DNA from: a virus
Length of the DNA: 64,000 nt
Reading direction: 5' to 3' (one strand)
Virus record (IMG/VR): IMGVR_UViG_3300036770_004917
Coordinates: 22,044 to 86,043 of that record
Shown here: positions 29,501 to 36,170 of the stretch, in pieces
Layout: each line of letters opens with the position of its first letter
Numbering within the stretch: the stretch's first letter is position 1
Made by a program: the position numbers and the translations under genes
The notes under the pieces: generated by a model
The model's database searches: none
Seen by the model: only the letters and a program-made list of their open reading frames with translations
Told to the model about the DNA's origin: nothing

Positions 29501-30506
29501 TCCTACCTTCAGGGTCTTTGATAAAAATGGAATCAAAGAATTTATGCCAGCGTCCATACTTCTTGCGTGGCTCTACCTCGTCAAAAATTGACAGAATCGT
29601 CTCGCTGTCTGGAATCTCCGTATTGTGGTAATCCCTATTGTCAGGGAGCAAACGGCGCAAGACCGTATTCGTTGGCATTCTCAGCGAGATTGTTCCATCG
29701 TCGTGTACTCGGAGTTCTGACCCCTCGATGATGTCATCAATGGTCATGTCTATATCTGGGTGCGACCCAAAACCATCAATGAGTTTTTCCCGCCTAAGAA
29801 TGCCGGAACGTTCACGACGACCCATTGATTGCCAGTCGTCTCGCATGGCTTGGAGATTCATTATCAAGTTGGAAACTTGATTTTTAATGCGTTTCTTTTG
29901 GTCATCCGTCCAATCGCCGGACTCCATGAGGCGCTTCTCTAATCCATTACGAATATCCACCCAGAACTGACTGTCGCTAATCGCCTCGTCGCCGTCTGTT
30001 CCTTTTTTGGGCCTCTGTGTCGGCTCAAGGATGTCTCCTAGGGGGATTCGTTCTCTGATGCTTCGTGTACTTCGTACTACGCGACCGACATTCGGACCCG
30101 GGCGCACGGACGTATCAATTGCGCCATCTACTTCGGCGTTGCTTGCAATACCAACGCTTGAGTCTTTATCAATTCTTGAAACAATGCTCTGCAGTTTTTC
30201 CTGGCTAAATGAGATATCGGTATTGCCAGCACGCCGCTTGCGCTCAATCTCTTCAGAGTCGCCCTGGGTAAGTTTTGCAACAGACTTTGCAATACTGCGT
30301 GGAACGATGAATCTAGGAATAATGGGTCTTTCAAGGGGTAATCCCTCAAAAACAATCCCATCGTTATCGGCGTCTACTCGTCCTGTGACGTCAACGAACG
30401 ACATCCCAGGCGGCGCAGCACGAAGGCCACCACCAATACGCTGACCGAGTTTTCCGCCCAGTGCTTTAGATTCGGCGTCTAGCCCTAACTCAGCAAAGCC
30501 GGGCAC
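20538..30506 (-). CDS. Giant polyvalent-type protein (3322 aa), probably made as a -1 frameshift fusion to the prohead protease; HDxxGH peptidase-like, ART-like, NUDIX, duplicated GAWxYPDG and KTSC-like domains
   Basis: HDLMGHF...FDRHSE (~29110-29165); LTHTG...HLSYY...VYLAAVP...EREYQV (~27660-28145); NUDIX box WSFPGG...ETAVTEFREEVG (~26025-26120); GAWIYPDG and GAWLYPDG; SNVSFVAYDGNRNELII...GGIYRY (~23175-23255). The GTG start has no good RBS. Confidence 0.8.
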   Translation of the reverse strand: MPGFAELGLDAESKALGGKLGQRIGGGLRAAPPGMSFVDVTGRVDADNDGIVFEGLPLERPIIPRFIVPRSIAKSVAKLTQGDSEEIERKRRAGNTDISFSQEKLQSIVSRIDKDSSVGIASNAEVDGAIDTSVRPGPNVGRVVRSTRSIRERIPLGDILEPTQRPKKGTDGDEAISDSQFWVDIRNGLEKRLMESGDWTDDQKKRIKNQVSNLIMNLQAMRDDWQSMGRRERSGILRREKLIDGFGSHPDIDMTIDDIIEGSELRVHDDGTISLRMPTNTVLRRLLPDNRDYHNTEIPDSETILSIFDEVEPRKKYGRWHKFFDSIFIKDPEGRKKPRLARPFDDGEELPFHEFFNKKYREHLKEQLPSVNVALSVRTNEIAAMLLKHYIIPELEKVPRNERAKVAKRLIDNDFFIHGYLQLMSDPHAVPEVHGELSNYLVSPLAMLHDLMGHFALGNTFDRHSEWGNILALISLARDKDFWNKLRELPGLESLTDEDREVFIRSNLMEIAARWLGIVASPDKPERARGRFEETIRDYDGPIDELLDKLDPPSTRSSRSSRSVRQTPLTEASDDMLARLAGDSLDGILIRNELLDSVDAPRVTKRNDNGVSIDGLRSTRKRTSLRQEDPEYRRIFGKSALEGYYSQLGKELDSIEKAIAHWEETGDWLGKDFDVAEPRVSGRRSRGSMTNLTKEELSEVQTPEEQREAFNRYRNNLIELREDAVERLRVIEQFERGETPRNVDMDNLRDHPEFVRLAERGRALITGAVESENPGQQYGDFENEDVLFLTHTGVPVLDGGVLDPQFTAGFGEASEIIGGAKNSKRSNEAGRNLLIRAYEQAEKDLEITRSELEEFEKVGVNTEQIERLKKTIAAREQWLADNKQFHDYAKSGREHLSYYPADIRIGIGYARDRNDEGASRVYLAAVPKSQATMYAGPIGFPRSEREYQVFEKVEPIASIEFASSARTGTESDTDALNAATGYFERVANEWNKENSGSTRSARYSLSTRSTTTSAEDEKTRKVQENRERSRERMTKVAKLGDEHSRSMLESNAELRNAVQQIRDAVENLSTEELREIIGPIGTVDGERGYVEYVLKAVNSSMRQNVRPLYGFVEDRTNKALLSLTNALVKPSPEKERIVRQIERAIGDRPKRLGGEERVLANDFITAKDFANSHWHGAWIYPDGRIYPVMSHDAEYEYSDAFDDGLVRLLFGPPGNVNIDAIGLNDKQIDAIANIVQLSDAPAVSVSRKRRDYGGDTIPALFPIGEFDLTSRTPSAKEIKEFLGTEDFVEKPDFIPEWARLSSDRDARTSTGMPSTRSRTMRANDEQSPRRNRVARRRGELSRDEDIAEGLAEIEEEKTASPWEKYKILQSDDGVYYADRISSREVSLLRAGKLKPPAYPFFAPRGGGSNQETGEGYYFSITGQKFNGRYGASGALVRRRRGLSGDYEYLLARRAPWMSSGGGQWSFPGGVHKDKDSSEIPMETAVTEFREEVGGDLEGLLPVYSYRDQRAPDWAYDTHVYEVGRRDLSDVKIGDGENTEIGWFSASEIMDMNKNGKLLRSFGLVAPEIFANSGDHSLTEREPGGIGRLFKRMRGRTTGTDGLASSSTRSTRSYISPREQRALAVMKADMQQRREQITKQMQEKRLANNAALVKLLDDITKSLDNGKLNRATLREIRFLSGRADYPLRSPSMTPEMLRDLQQDIRAIVDMRGKPDEGAANILAAIGDELRMRAKADDSARLGSEKRPLQMKFMTVDEFINSDFFGAWLYPDGTLYPVIGEHGDEHDYLNAYDDGVVRFRMSRGNITEKINSRGEKVLEQIRPYIGFEAGDVRFTEEQIDAIERIYAETGADILAYSISDKDEIDFARRTGVQEIPKKDKTLSIGVLGNSEKSAIGDIIRGVEGETDAPTPRGEGYEYGGTRSVRGQSIATQMGDEIDDTAQGSNIPSTRSKRGKNRKKWNVTGDKKVTGDMKKLTPEQVRQEQEQKRRATKIPGKRKEGPSSREWLNITRSTIAPGNNAKEQYINGLSAMRAGGELRPLGRPLSSQNSDGSMSYISFGSDVKPGDILPDNFMQSLASQGDARYSVASVGRMRDGVNKLVLRDLVSGNAISAVIPDDQQLLNANRPASTRSGRTRIPAVWRDTVEDFRAGSTDAIVGRVRGLLDELNDSRDELKELDAQFDAVNYEWPNAEMENRSAFLDESILAIEREVNEIFAAAQHLVREERQAALTSASYKKAKKQASGYNDAAERFGLTEEDWADVLSLLEYDSALERSLFDTGPRGTSRPVGMNRTSASELAEELNQLASNDQVGSYIDMLEVDSIINGRDIDDEDRSFINKSASDILENAILSVRRKRKLADAKQAVINTTATELDEQAVLAISPSTRSVASPRITSKATVKMGTDLRNSEQLFPGRSSKFANSNVSFVAYDGNRNELIIGRNGGIYRYGGMNDEVIDTFLKSRKTVDASLNQLDKDSSYTVSPDGSRRGLVPGLAQLLERDARRVKLSSTETSLIKNLAGAYSASSRDEVAPVDPIRAHSIAKKLFANQEAAAAINIVDALEDSRSARLLPDGIAPMYRPLPKTPSNTISIILDNNDAGIVRDELAELRKRFANNREITSAIDVYDKLIAGGQSGGLKTAFSMSPAEYEFIRDGITALRSSNMSDGTASAALLDHAASSPKLKFDATEFPQTNGTDVNSLFNSGAPYSLNKERRQKLLDWAQGSNMKVAQSLANEKFKTIATWKSLDAIREFSTPTRSAVGSLAPRKGGDEAGTPFAEMAPSDYADMAPLDKLSWIKENMVQGGGDKGLRQSDAIKQAREVMDALNMVQDNLKRRDNYESVIYGNGSGTAATPDFAKSWESLGMKTRDILDNESRSVFYNDFRNLNHMQAADVVRRLRPEADKRRTGVSEIPDNDLNLIWDDIMASSQKLLDAIDKRRELGLEDEDLDLPPVPVRSSRVQSPVRPTRSGIQLPVDITAPPKATAPSPTRGEDSPVSTPSNPTAARVRRQRIASGIGSIIGEYQSELDSVYSTRYQDNRHSQVWDDVKKLFADADGAGIDFGIGNIDDAIDILDDYLTSDFVVDAMDGKPNGFAPRASVIGKKYVQNSIDRASGTRDYLNKLRNELMTDEFIDKAPGRGAPLVRSMPEMDIVPKTRYVPRIRGRAIDAYFAARKNEVMQSTRSTRSSVKEGRAEIRAERTKFNELLNSLDREISKADDPRHSAALNLLKKTLTRQKSGKLSDRRTNAGALYLTQDEIDEIIEALYVALDRQVERGGEARMALFGEMAELMAKAAMATFINRTAEPVHSRTITKINENGDEVEIALND

Positions 30507-30518
30507 TATTATTTTTTT
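30458..30518 (-). promoter_or_regulatory. Putative programmed -1 ribosomal frameshift signal (A AAA AAA plus downstream stem-loop)
   Basis: Minus strand reads GGT TCA AAA AAA TAA TAG; the -1 frame reads AAA AAA ATA ATA GTG CCC into the 3322-aa ORF. A GCCCGGCTT...GAGTTAGGGC hairpin can start 7 nt after the heptamer. Confidence 0.7.
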
Positions 30519-31891
30519 GAACCACCAGCCTGGCCATAGAGAACATCGTCAATTGTGAGGGCGATATTCTCTAGTGCGGTGATTGCTTCCTGTGTAAGGC
30601 CGTTGGAGATATGAATTCCCTGGTGGTCAACCTCAGCGTCGAGACGGTGATAATCAATTACTGGGTCAAGCAAACTCTTTACATGGAATGCTTCTTCCGG
30701 CGTGCATAGGACGGTAAAAACCTCTTCTTCTACTGGGTCCTGTTTTGAGCCGGTTAAACCCTGAAGTAGGTCAATTGCGTATTGCAGTTTCTCTGCGGGC
30801 AGTGCCGAACCGCTTGTTGCCACATCAATGATAATGTCTGCCGCTTCATCCATTGCCTCATCTAGAGACTTGCCGCCAGAAGACAGAAACATCATTCCTG
30901 TCGGCATGCCAGAACCTGGCTTGACACTCATTGGCATTGATGGCATTTGTGATGGAACGACAACTGGTGCTGTTGGCATTGTGCTCTGCTGATTACGCAT
31001 GCCAATTTTTTCTGGCTTACCAAACATATATTCGCCTGTCTCTTCCTCGCGATGGTAAGACAGGCGATAGGTGACTGAGTTGCCATTTCCGGCATCACGA
31101 TTGAAAGTAACTGAATTCTCCGTTGCGTGAATGATGTCCAGGGGCAATCGCGACCTGCTCATTAGTTCCATGGCAAGTGCATTGCGTGCCTCATCGGGGA
31201 GTACTCGCGCTTCACCTTCACCAAAGATGTCCTCGCGCTCCTGTTGGCGCTGTGGCGCTATTGCGGATACCTGACGCACGACTTGGGGTAGAACTGGCCG
31301 ACCTACAATTGCGGCCCCACTAGGGATTCCGGGCATATGATGCATGCGAGGCATTGGATTCCCGCACTTTTCTGCTTCGTCGCTCTTGACGGAGATGGTG
31401 CCAGTAAGTTGGTTAGCGCCATGAAGAACTGGACTAACCTCATACAATTCAACTTCATGAAGAATATTGGCCTGTGTACCGGGGTCAAACGTAGCATTGA
31501 GCGTCTTGTACCCAATACTCCACTCTTGCTCCTGGCCAAAGAATGCAACACTAGCAAAGGCTTCGCGACCCTTTTCGGTGGCCAGGTTGAATTGAACCTT
31601 CGCAAAAAGTCCACCCACGCCAGCCTGCTTCATCTTCATTGGTAAACGAGGGTCGCTTGCAGGAACCTCGTAAATTTCAAGAACCTTGCCGATGGGGTCA
31701 TTCCAACTATGCCCCCAGACCACCCGAGGCTTGCGGCGCTTGAGGCTTTCAGTAAAGGCGCCAGTAGCGACAACATCGCCGACCGAGTCCTTGTTGCCAA
31801 CTGCGGCCACAAAGCACTCAACAATGCCTTGTGCCTCGTCAATGTTTATCTGGCCATTCAGTGCCTTGAAACTAATTTGGTCTGTAGACAT
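30509..31891 (-). CDS. HK97-family prohead (maturation) protease with long C-terminal extension
   Basis: VGNKDSVGDVV..GAF..SL, WGHSWNDPIG (His), EWSIGY (Ser) and EVELYEVSPVLHGAN motifs; immediately downstream of the portal. Confidence 0.92.
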   Translation of the reverse strand: MSTDQISFKALNGQINIDEAQGIVECFVAAVGNKDSVGDVVATGAFTESLKRRKPRVVWGHSWNDPIGKVLEIYEVPASDPRLPMKMKQAGVGGLFAKVQFNLATEKGREAFASVAFFGQEQEWSIGYKTLNATFDPGTQANILHEVELYEVSPVLHGANQLTGTISVKSDEAEKCGNPMPRMHHMPGIPSGAAIVGRPVLPQVVRQVSAIAPQRQQEREDIFGEGEARVLPDEARNALAMELMSRSRLPLDIIHATENSVTFNRDAGNGNSVTYRLSYHREEETGEYMFGKPEKIGMRNQQSTMPTAPVVVPSQMPSMPMSVKPGSGMPTGMMFLSSGGKSLDEAMDEAADIIIDVATSGSALPAEKLQYAIDLLQGLTGSKQDPVEEEVFTVLCTPEEAFHVKSLLDPVIDYHRLDAEVDHQGIHISNGLTQEAITALENIALTIDDVLYGQAGGSKK

Positions 31892-31999
31892 ACTGCTCCT
31901 AACGACATTCTCAATAATAGTTCTACCTGCTGTTTATTGGTGCAACTAGGGGTAATTAGATGGAGTTTCAGTAAATAAATGTAGCCAACTTTACTGAAA

Positions 32000-34051
32000 C
32001 TACGGGCGACTAAATTCCCAAGCCCGTCGCGCCTCGCCGGAAGCAACCTTTGGTCGGGTGTTGGCTATTGCGTCAATGAAAATTGACGTAATGGAAGAGC
32101 GTAGGGCGGTATTCCGTGCGGATTCTTCCTGAATCCCATATGAGTTGTAGATTGCCGAACCAACTTGTGAATGAATCCCGTCAATGATTTCTTTGATTCG
32201 TGTCATTTGTGATTCAATGTTCACAACAGTGTCCTGTGCAGCGGGAATTCTGTATCCATCAGACTTTTCGGAGTAAAGTGCTTGGGAATCACGAATTATT
32301 GTTGATAAAACCGGCTTGATGTCTTCGTCAATTTGCTTATGCCATACATCCAGGGATAGGACGGAATCAACATCCAGTGAGCCCTGCATTAGTGACTTTC
32401 TGGATTTCTGGCCGCCAACCTTCTCTAACACCACGCGCTGCATGCGCTCCAGGACTCGCTCTATTCCTCTATCGAGGATTTCTGTCCATCTTGAAAGTGA
32501 TGTTTCATTGGCGTCGTCCTTGGTGGATATCTCATGGCTTGTGGCGCTCATCATGCCCATGCCCTGAGGCATGCCTCCCTGCATTGGAGGCTGTGGGGCA
32601 GCAGCACCCATCGACTCTATGGCCATGGCACCAGCCATCGTGGTTGGGTCTGGTGGTGCTCCGGCAGCCATATCAGGCGGCATTGCTGCCATATCGCCAC
32701 CAGGCATTCCTGGAGGCATACCCGGCGCTCCAGGGGGCATTCCTGGTGCTCCTGGTGGCATTCCAGGACCGCCCGCTCCTGGCATTGGCATTCCGGGCTG
32801 TGCAGGCGCCATTGGCTTCTTTGTATTGGCGATTGGGGTGAGGTTGGGATTCATGAGGAGGCTGTCGGCTAAATCTGCCTCAACATCCTTGCGACCAGTT
32901 CCAGTTCTATACTCGTTGACAGAAATCAATCCAGCGCGCAATTCCTCTAGCAGGTATCTCTCTACTTCCTGTTTTGCAATAATTAGAACAGGGACACTGG
33001 ATGTATCAAAATCAACGTAGTGCTCGGGGTCAAGTTCATCAAAGGCGCGCGCAAGAACTTCGAGGTGTGGAGACATTGTCTCGTTCCAGAAAACACGAAT
33101 TTCTTCACTGGCATTCGAAAACGTTCTGCCTGCGGCATTACCAATTACTGATTCTGGAACGCCAAATGAAGAAAGGATTTCCTCTTTAGTAATTTGGCGC
33201 ATCTGGATATAGGCGGCATCTCGTGGATTCGATGAGGTATCAACGAAGTCGACGCCATCATCGGCAGAAATAACCGTCGTTTGACCAACGCGACCTAAAT
33301 TACCTCTAAACCTATTGCGTAGTTCGTCTTTATCATCATCATCAATTTCGCCACGCAAAACAAGCAGGCCACCGGGTCGCCCGTCATTCAGTAAGTAGTT
33401 TCTGTTATATAACTTGGCAAGGTTCTCAATTTCAATGGCAATGCCTGCCGACTCCATCGGAGTGAGCGAAAGATACGGGTCAATTGGATGCGGCCTACGA
33501 ATCCAGCAGACATCTTCTGGCTTCATAATAACCTTGTCGCCATTAGGCATTAAAACTTCGTACCCAGACACAAATGTCTTGGGGTCTGGGATTGGGGATG
33601 TTGATTGCGGGGGAAGGAGGTTTAGGCCTATGACTCCACCGTCGCGCCCGCGAACTTTCTCAATGAATACACCACGTGTGCCGAGCAGTAATTGCGATGA
33701 AACCCTATATCTGAATATAAATGAATTTTCACCAATATTTGATTTGGTATTTAGGATGTCTAGCAAACTACTATTCTTCGCTGCCTTACCCTTGACAATC
33801 ATTCCTTCGGGAGAATTGTCTTTACGCAAAATTATTGGCAACCGTGCCTGATTCCCGGCAATCGCATCAATGCAGCGCGCTACCCACGTAACCTTCTGCA
33901 TGCCCTCGCGGTATGCCCGTTCAATATCCCATGGGTCGCGGTAGCCCTTGCCAACGTAGGACGAGTTTTGCGCGACTGTTCCACCAGGTCCAAATGCAGA
34001 TTTCTGCCCCTGGTTGTCAAGCGACTTATTGTCGGTTTTGTTCCAAGCCAT
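32000..34051 (-). CDS. Portal protein (HK97-like) with Pro/Gly/Met-rich linker and C-terminal extension
   Basis: WVARCIDAIA...RLP, LLLGTRG...GLNLLPP, NYLLNDGRPGGLL, ILSSFGVPESVIG...TFSNASE and GLISVNEYR are typical portal motifs. Confidence 0.92.
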   Translation of the reverse strand: MAWNKTDNKSLDNQGQKSAFGPGGTVAQNSSYVGKGYRDPWDIERAYREGMQKVTWVARCIDAIAGNQARLPIILRKDNSPEGMIVKGKAAKNSSLLDILNTKSNIGENSFIFRYRVSSQLLLGTRGVFIEKVRGRDGGVIGLNLLPPQSTSPIPDPKTFVSGYEVLMPNGDKVIMKPEDVCWIRRPHPIDPYLSLTPMESAGIAIEIENLAKLYNRNYLLNDGRPGGLLVLRGEIDDDDKDELRNRFRGNLGRVGQTTVISADDGVDFVDTSSNPRDAAYIQMRQITKEEILSSFGVPESVIGNAAGRTFSNASEEIRVFWNETMSPHLEVLARAFDELDPEHYVDFDTSSVPVLIIAKQEVERYLLEELRAGLISVNEYRTGTGRKDVEADLADSLLMNPNLTPIANTKKPMAPAQPGMPMPGAGGPGMPPGAPGMPPGAPGMPPGMPGGDMAAMPPDMAAGAPPDPTTMAGAMAIESMGAAAPQPPMQGGMPQGMGMMSATSHEISTKDDANETSLSRWTEILDRGIERVLERMQRVVLEKVGGQKSRKSLMQGSLDVDSVLSLDVWHKQIDEDIKPVLSTIIRDSQALYSEKSDGYRIPAAQDTVVNIESQMTRIKEIIDGIHSQVGSAIYNSYGIQEESARNTALRSSITSIFIDAIANTRPKVASGEARRAWEFSRP
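32700..32800 (-). repeat. Low-complexity PGMPPGA tandem repeats within the portal
   Basis: PGMPMPGAGGPGMPPGAPGMPPGAPGMPPGMPGG, with a ~21-nt period. Confidence 0.8.
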
Positions 34052-34053
34052 AA

Positions 34054-34263
34054 TTAATCAGAGCCCAGCAGATATCCGTATATTCCGCAATTTACACCTG
34101 CCACGATAAGGGCCAAAGGGGGCAACAAAAGACCTGCTCCAATGGCTGTGAGCAATACAAACAATACCATTAAAAAATGAGCGGAAAAGGAACGAGTCAC
34201 GATACGCTCCCTTTGTAGATGAACTCTTAACCGAAGTAGTAATTTTGCGATAATTGTTTTCAT
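34054..34263 (-). CDS. Small membrane protein upstream of the portal
   Basis: 69 aa with two hydrophobic segments; ends 2 nt before the portal start. Confidence 0.7.
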   Translation of the reverse strand: MKTIIAKLLLRLRVHLQRERIVTRSFSAHFLMVLFVLLTAIGAGLLLPPLALIVAGVNCGIYGYLLGSD

Positions 34264-34339
34264 ATGGTATGGTTCTTGTGTGCCTTAAAGTGATTCACGA
34301 GATGCAATCTAATACATCGCGGGCCGTCCGGAGTGGAAG

Positions 34340-35644
34340 ATGACTGACTGGAATAAAGTTCTCCAATTTTTGGAGCCAAAGCAACCATCGTTCTGCCCGG
34401 AAGAACCGTCACTCACGCAAAAAGTTTTCCTCCGAACATATTCGCTAGAAGCATTATTTGGCGGAGCAGCAGGTGGTGGGAAATCGTCAGCATTATTAAT
34501 GTCAGCGTTGCAATATGTAGATGTTCCTGGCTATTCTGCAATTATTTTCCGTCGTACATATGCCGACTTGGCCCTTCCTGGAGCCATCATGGACCGGTTC
34601 ATTAATTGGATGTCCACCGTCGATGATGTTCGCTGGAACGCCAATAATTACACCGCAATATTCCCTTCTGGGGCACGACTTTCCTTTGGTTACCTAAATA
34701 ACCAACAGGACTTCTTGCGCTATAAGGGTGCCGAATTCCAGTTTATCGGCATGGACGAGGTGACCGAAATCAGGGAATCGGACTACCGATATATGTTCTC
34801 TCGTCTACGTCGCCCGGCTTCAGGCCCACTGGCCCAAGTCCCCCTCAGGATGCGCTCAGCCTGCAACCCTGCACCAAACTGGGTGCGCCAGAGATTCATC
34901 GTAGAGGGGCAAAGCGAGGGTCGCATTTTCGTACCATCAAAATTGTCCGATAACCCCGGCATTGACGCCGACTCTTATCGCACGGCACTGCAGGCACTGG
35001 ACCCACTTGAGCGTCGCCGCCTAGAAGAGGGCGACTGGTGGGCCACTACCCTCGGGTCGATGTTCCAACGAGAGTCAATTGTGATTATCGACCAGACCGA
35101 TATCCCCAAAATTACATCATCGGCCCGTGCCGTCAGATTCTGGGACCTTGCCGCAACGGAGCCTTCTCACTCAAATCCCAACCCCGACTGGACCGTTGGT
35201 ACATTAATGTTATTCGATGGCGGAATTGCGTATGTCCTTGACGTACGTCGTGCGAGGGTACGAGGCGAAAAGGTGGAGGAATTGATTGCTCAGACCGCCT
35301 ACGAGGATGGGCATGCCGTGGCAATTCGCATGGAGCAAGAACCCGGGTCATCGGGCAAGGGGCTAGTTGACCAATATGCTCGGTACGTTCTTCCGGGATT
35401 TGATTTTATGGGAATCAGGTCAACGGGCGACAAGGTAACCAGGGCGCGACCATTTGCGGCTGCCGTGGCCAACGGCAATGTTAGGTGCGTCCGTGGCCCC
35501 TGGCTCACCGACTGGCTTGATGAGTTATCCACCTTTCCTGAAGCGTGCGACCACGACGACCAGGTAGACTCTGCCGTCGGTGCATTTACACATCTTGCTG
35601 GTTTGGGGTTGCCCCAACGCAAGCGAGTGGGTATCATCGTCTGA
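34340..35644 (+). CDS. terL: Terminase large subunit
   Basis: Walker A LFGGAAGGGKS, Walker B FIGMDEVT, coupling motif ACNP, nuclease motifs FWDLA and HDDQVD. Confidence 0.95.
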   Translation: MTDWNKVLQFLEPKQPSFCPEEPSLTQKVFLRTYSLEALFGGAAGGGKSSALLMSALQYVDVPGYSAIIFRRTYADLALPGAIMDRFINWMSTVDDVRWNANNYTAIFPSGARLSFGYLNNQQDFLRYKGAEFQFIGMDEVTEIRESDYRYMFSRLRRPASGPLAQVPLRMRSACNPAPNWVRQRFIVEGQSEGRIFVPSKLSDNPGIDADSYRTALQALDPLERRRLEEGDWWATTLGSMFQRESIVIIDQTDIPKITSSARAVRFWDLAATEPSHSNPNPDWTVGTLMLFDGGIAYVLDVRRARVRGEKVEELIAQTAYEDGHAVAIRMEQEPGSSGKGLVDQYARYVLPGFDFMGIRSTGDKVTRARPFAAAVANGNVRCVRGPWLTDWLDELSTFPEACDHDDQVDSAVGAFTHLAGLGLPQRKRVGIIV

Positions 35645-35669
35645 CACGCTTAATACGGAAGGGGTTCCA

Positions 35670-36155
35670 ATGGATGCGCTAGAGCGCATTGCCGATATTC
35701 GGCAAATTTTGAGCAACTGCATTAATGATGTTGTGAATTCACCCGACATGGAGGTCGGCGGAGTCTGCGAGGTGCTATACGCACTCCGTGAACTCAAGAA
35801 AGATTTGGGCCTGCTGGATGGTGAACTTGAGCAGGCGGCAATCGGGAAAATGGAAGAGAACATTATCCTCCTCCCCTCCGGTCAGCAGGTCGAGCGCCGA
35901 ACAGGAGCAGACAGGAAAGCGTGGGACCACAAGGGTCTTGCCACAATTGTCGCCAACAGAATTTACGAATCATCCATTGACATGGACACCGGCGAGGTCC
36001 TATTGTCACCAACGGAGATGATGGCAAAGATGCTTGATTACGCCGCACCGTCATATTGGCGAGTGGGTGAACTTGGGAAAATTGGCGTGTCGGCTGATTC
36101 ATATTGCGAAAAATCCGAAGGCAAAGTCAGCATTTCCATAACGTCAAAGAAGTAA
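35670..36155 (+). CDS. Hypothetical protein in the recombination module
   Basis: ATG 35670 after GGAAGGGG; ORF track frame 35580-36155. Confidence 0.7.
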   Translation: MDALERIADIRQILSNCINDVVNSPDMEVGGVCEVLYALRELKKDLGLLDGELEQAAIGKMEENIILLPSGQQVERRTGADRKAWDHKGLATIVANRIYESSIDMDTGEVLLSPTEMMAKMLDYAAPSYWRVGELGKIGVSADSYCEKSEGKVSISITSKK

Positions 36156-36170
36156 TAAAAAGGACCAATA

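Noticed and set aside
8684-30506. Inteins or introns as the explanation for the giant ORF sizes
   Set aside because: I recognised no intein splice motifs (C...HN/C) or homing endonuclease motifs, and the reading frames are uninterrupted.
35-33851. Many plus-strand ORFs in the track (e.g. 35-868, 1643-2008, 14727-15335)
   Set aside because: They are antisense shadows of the long minus-strand genes: Ser-rich, without motifs and fully overlapped.
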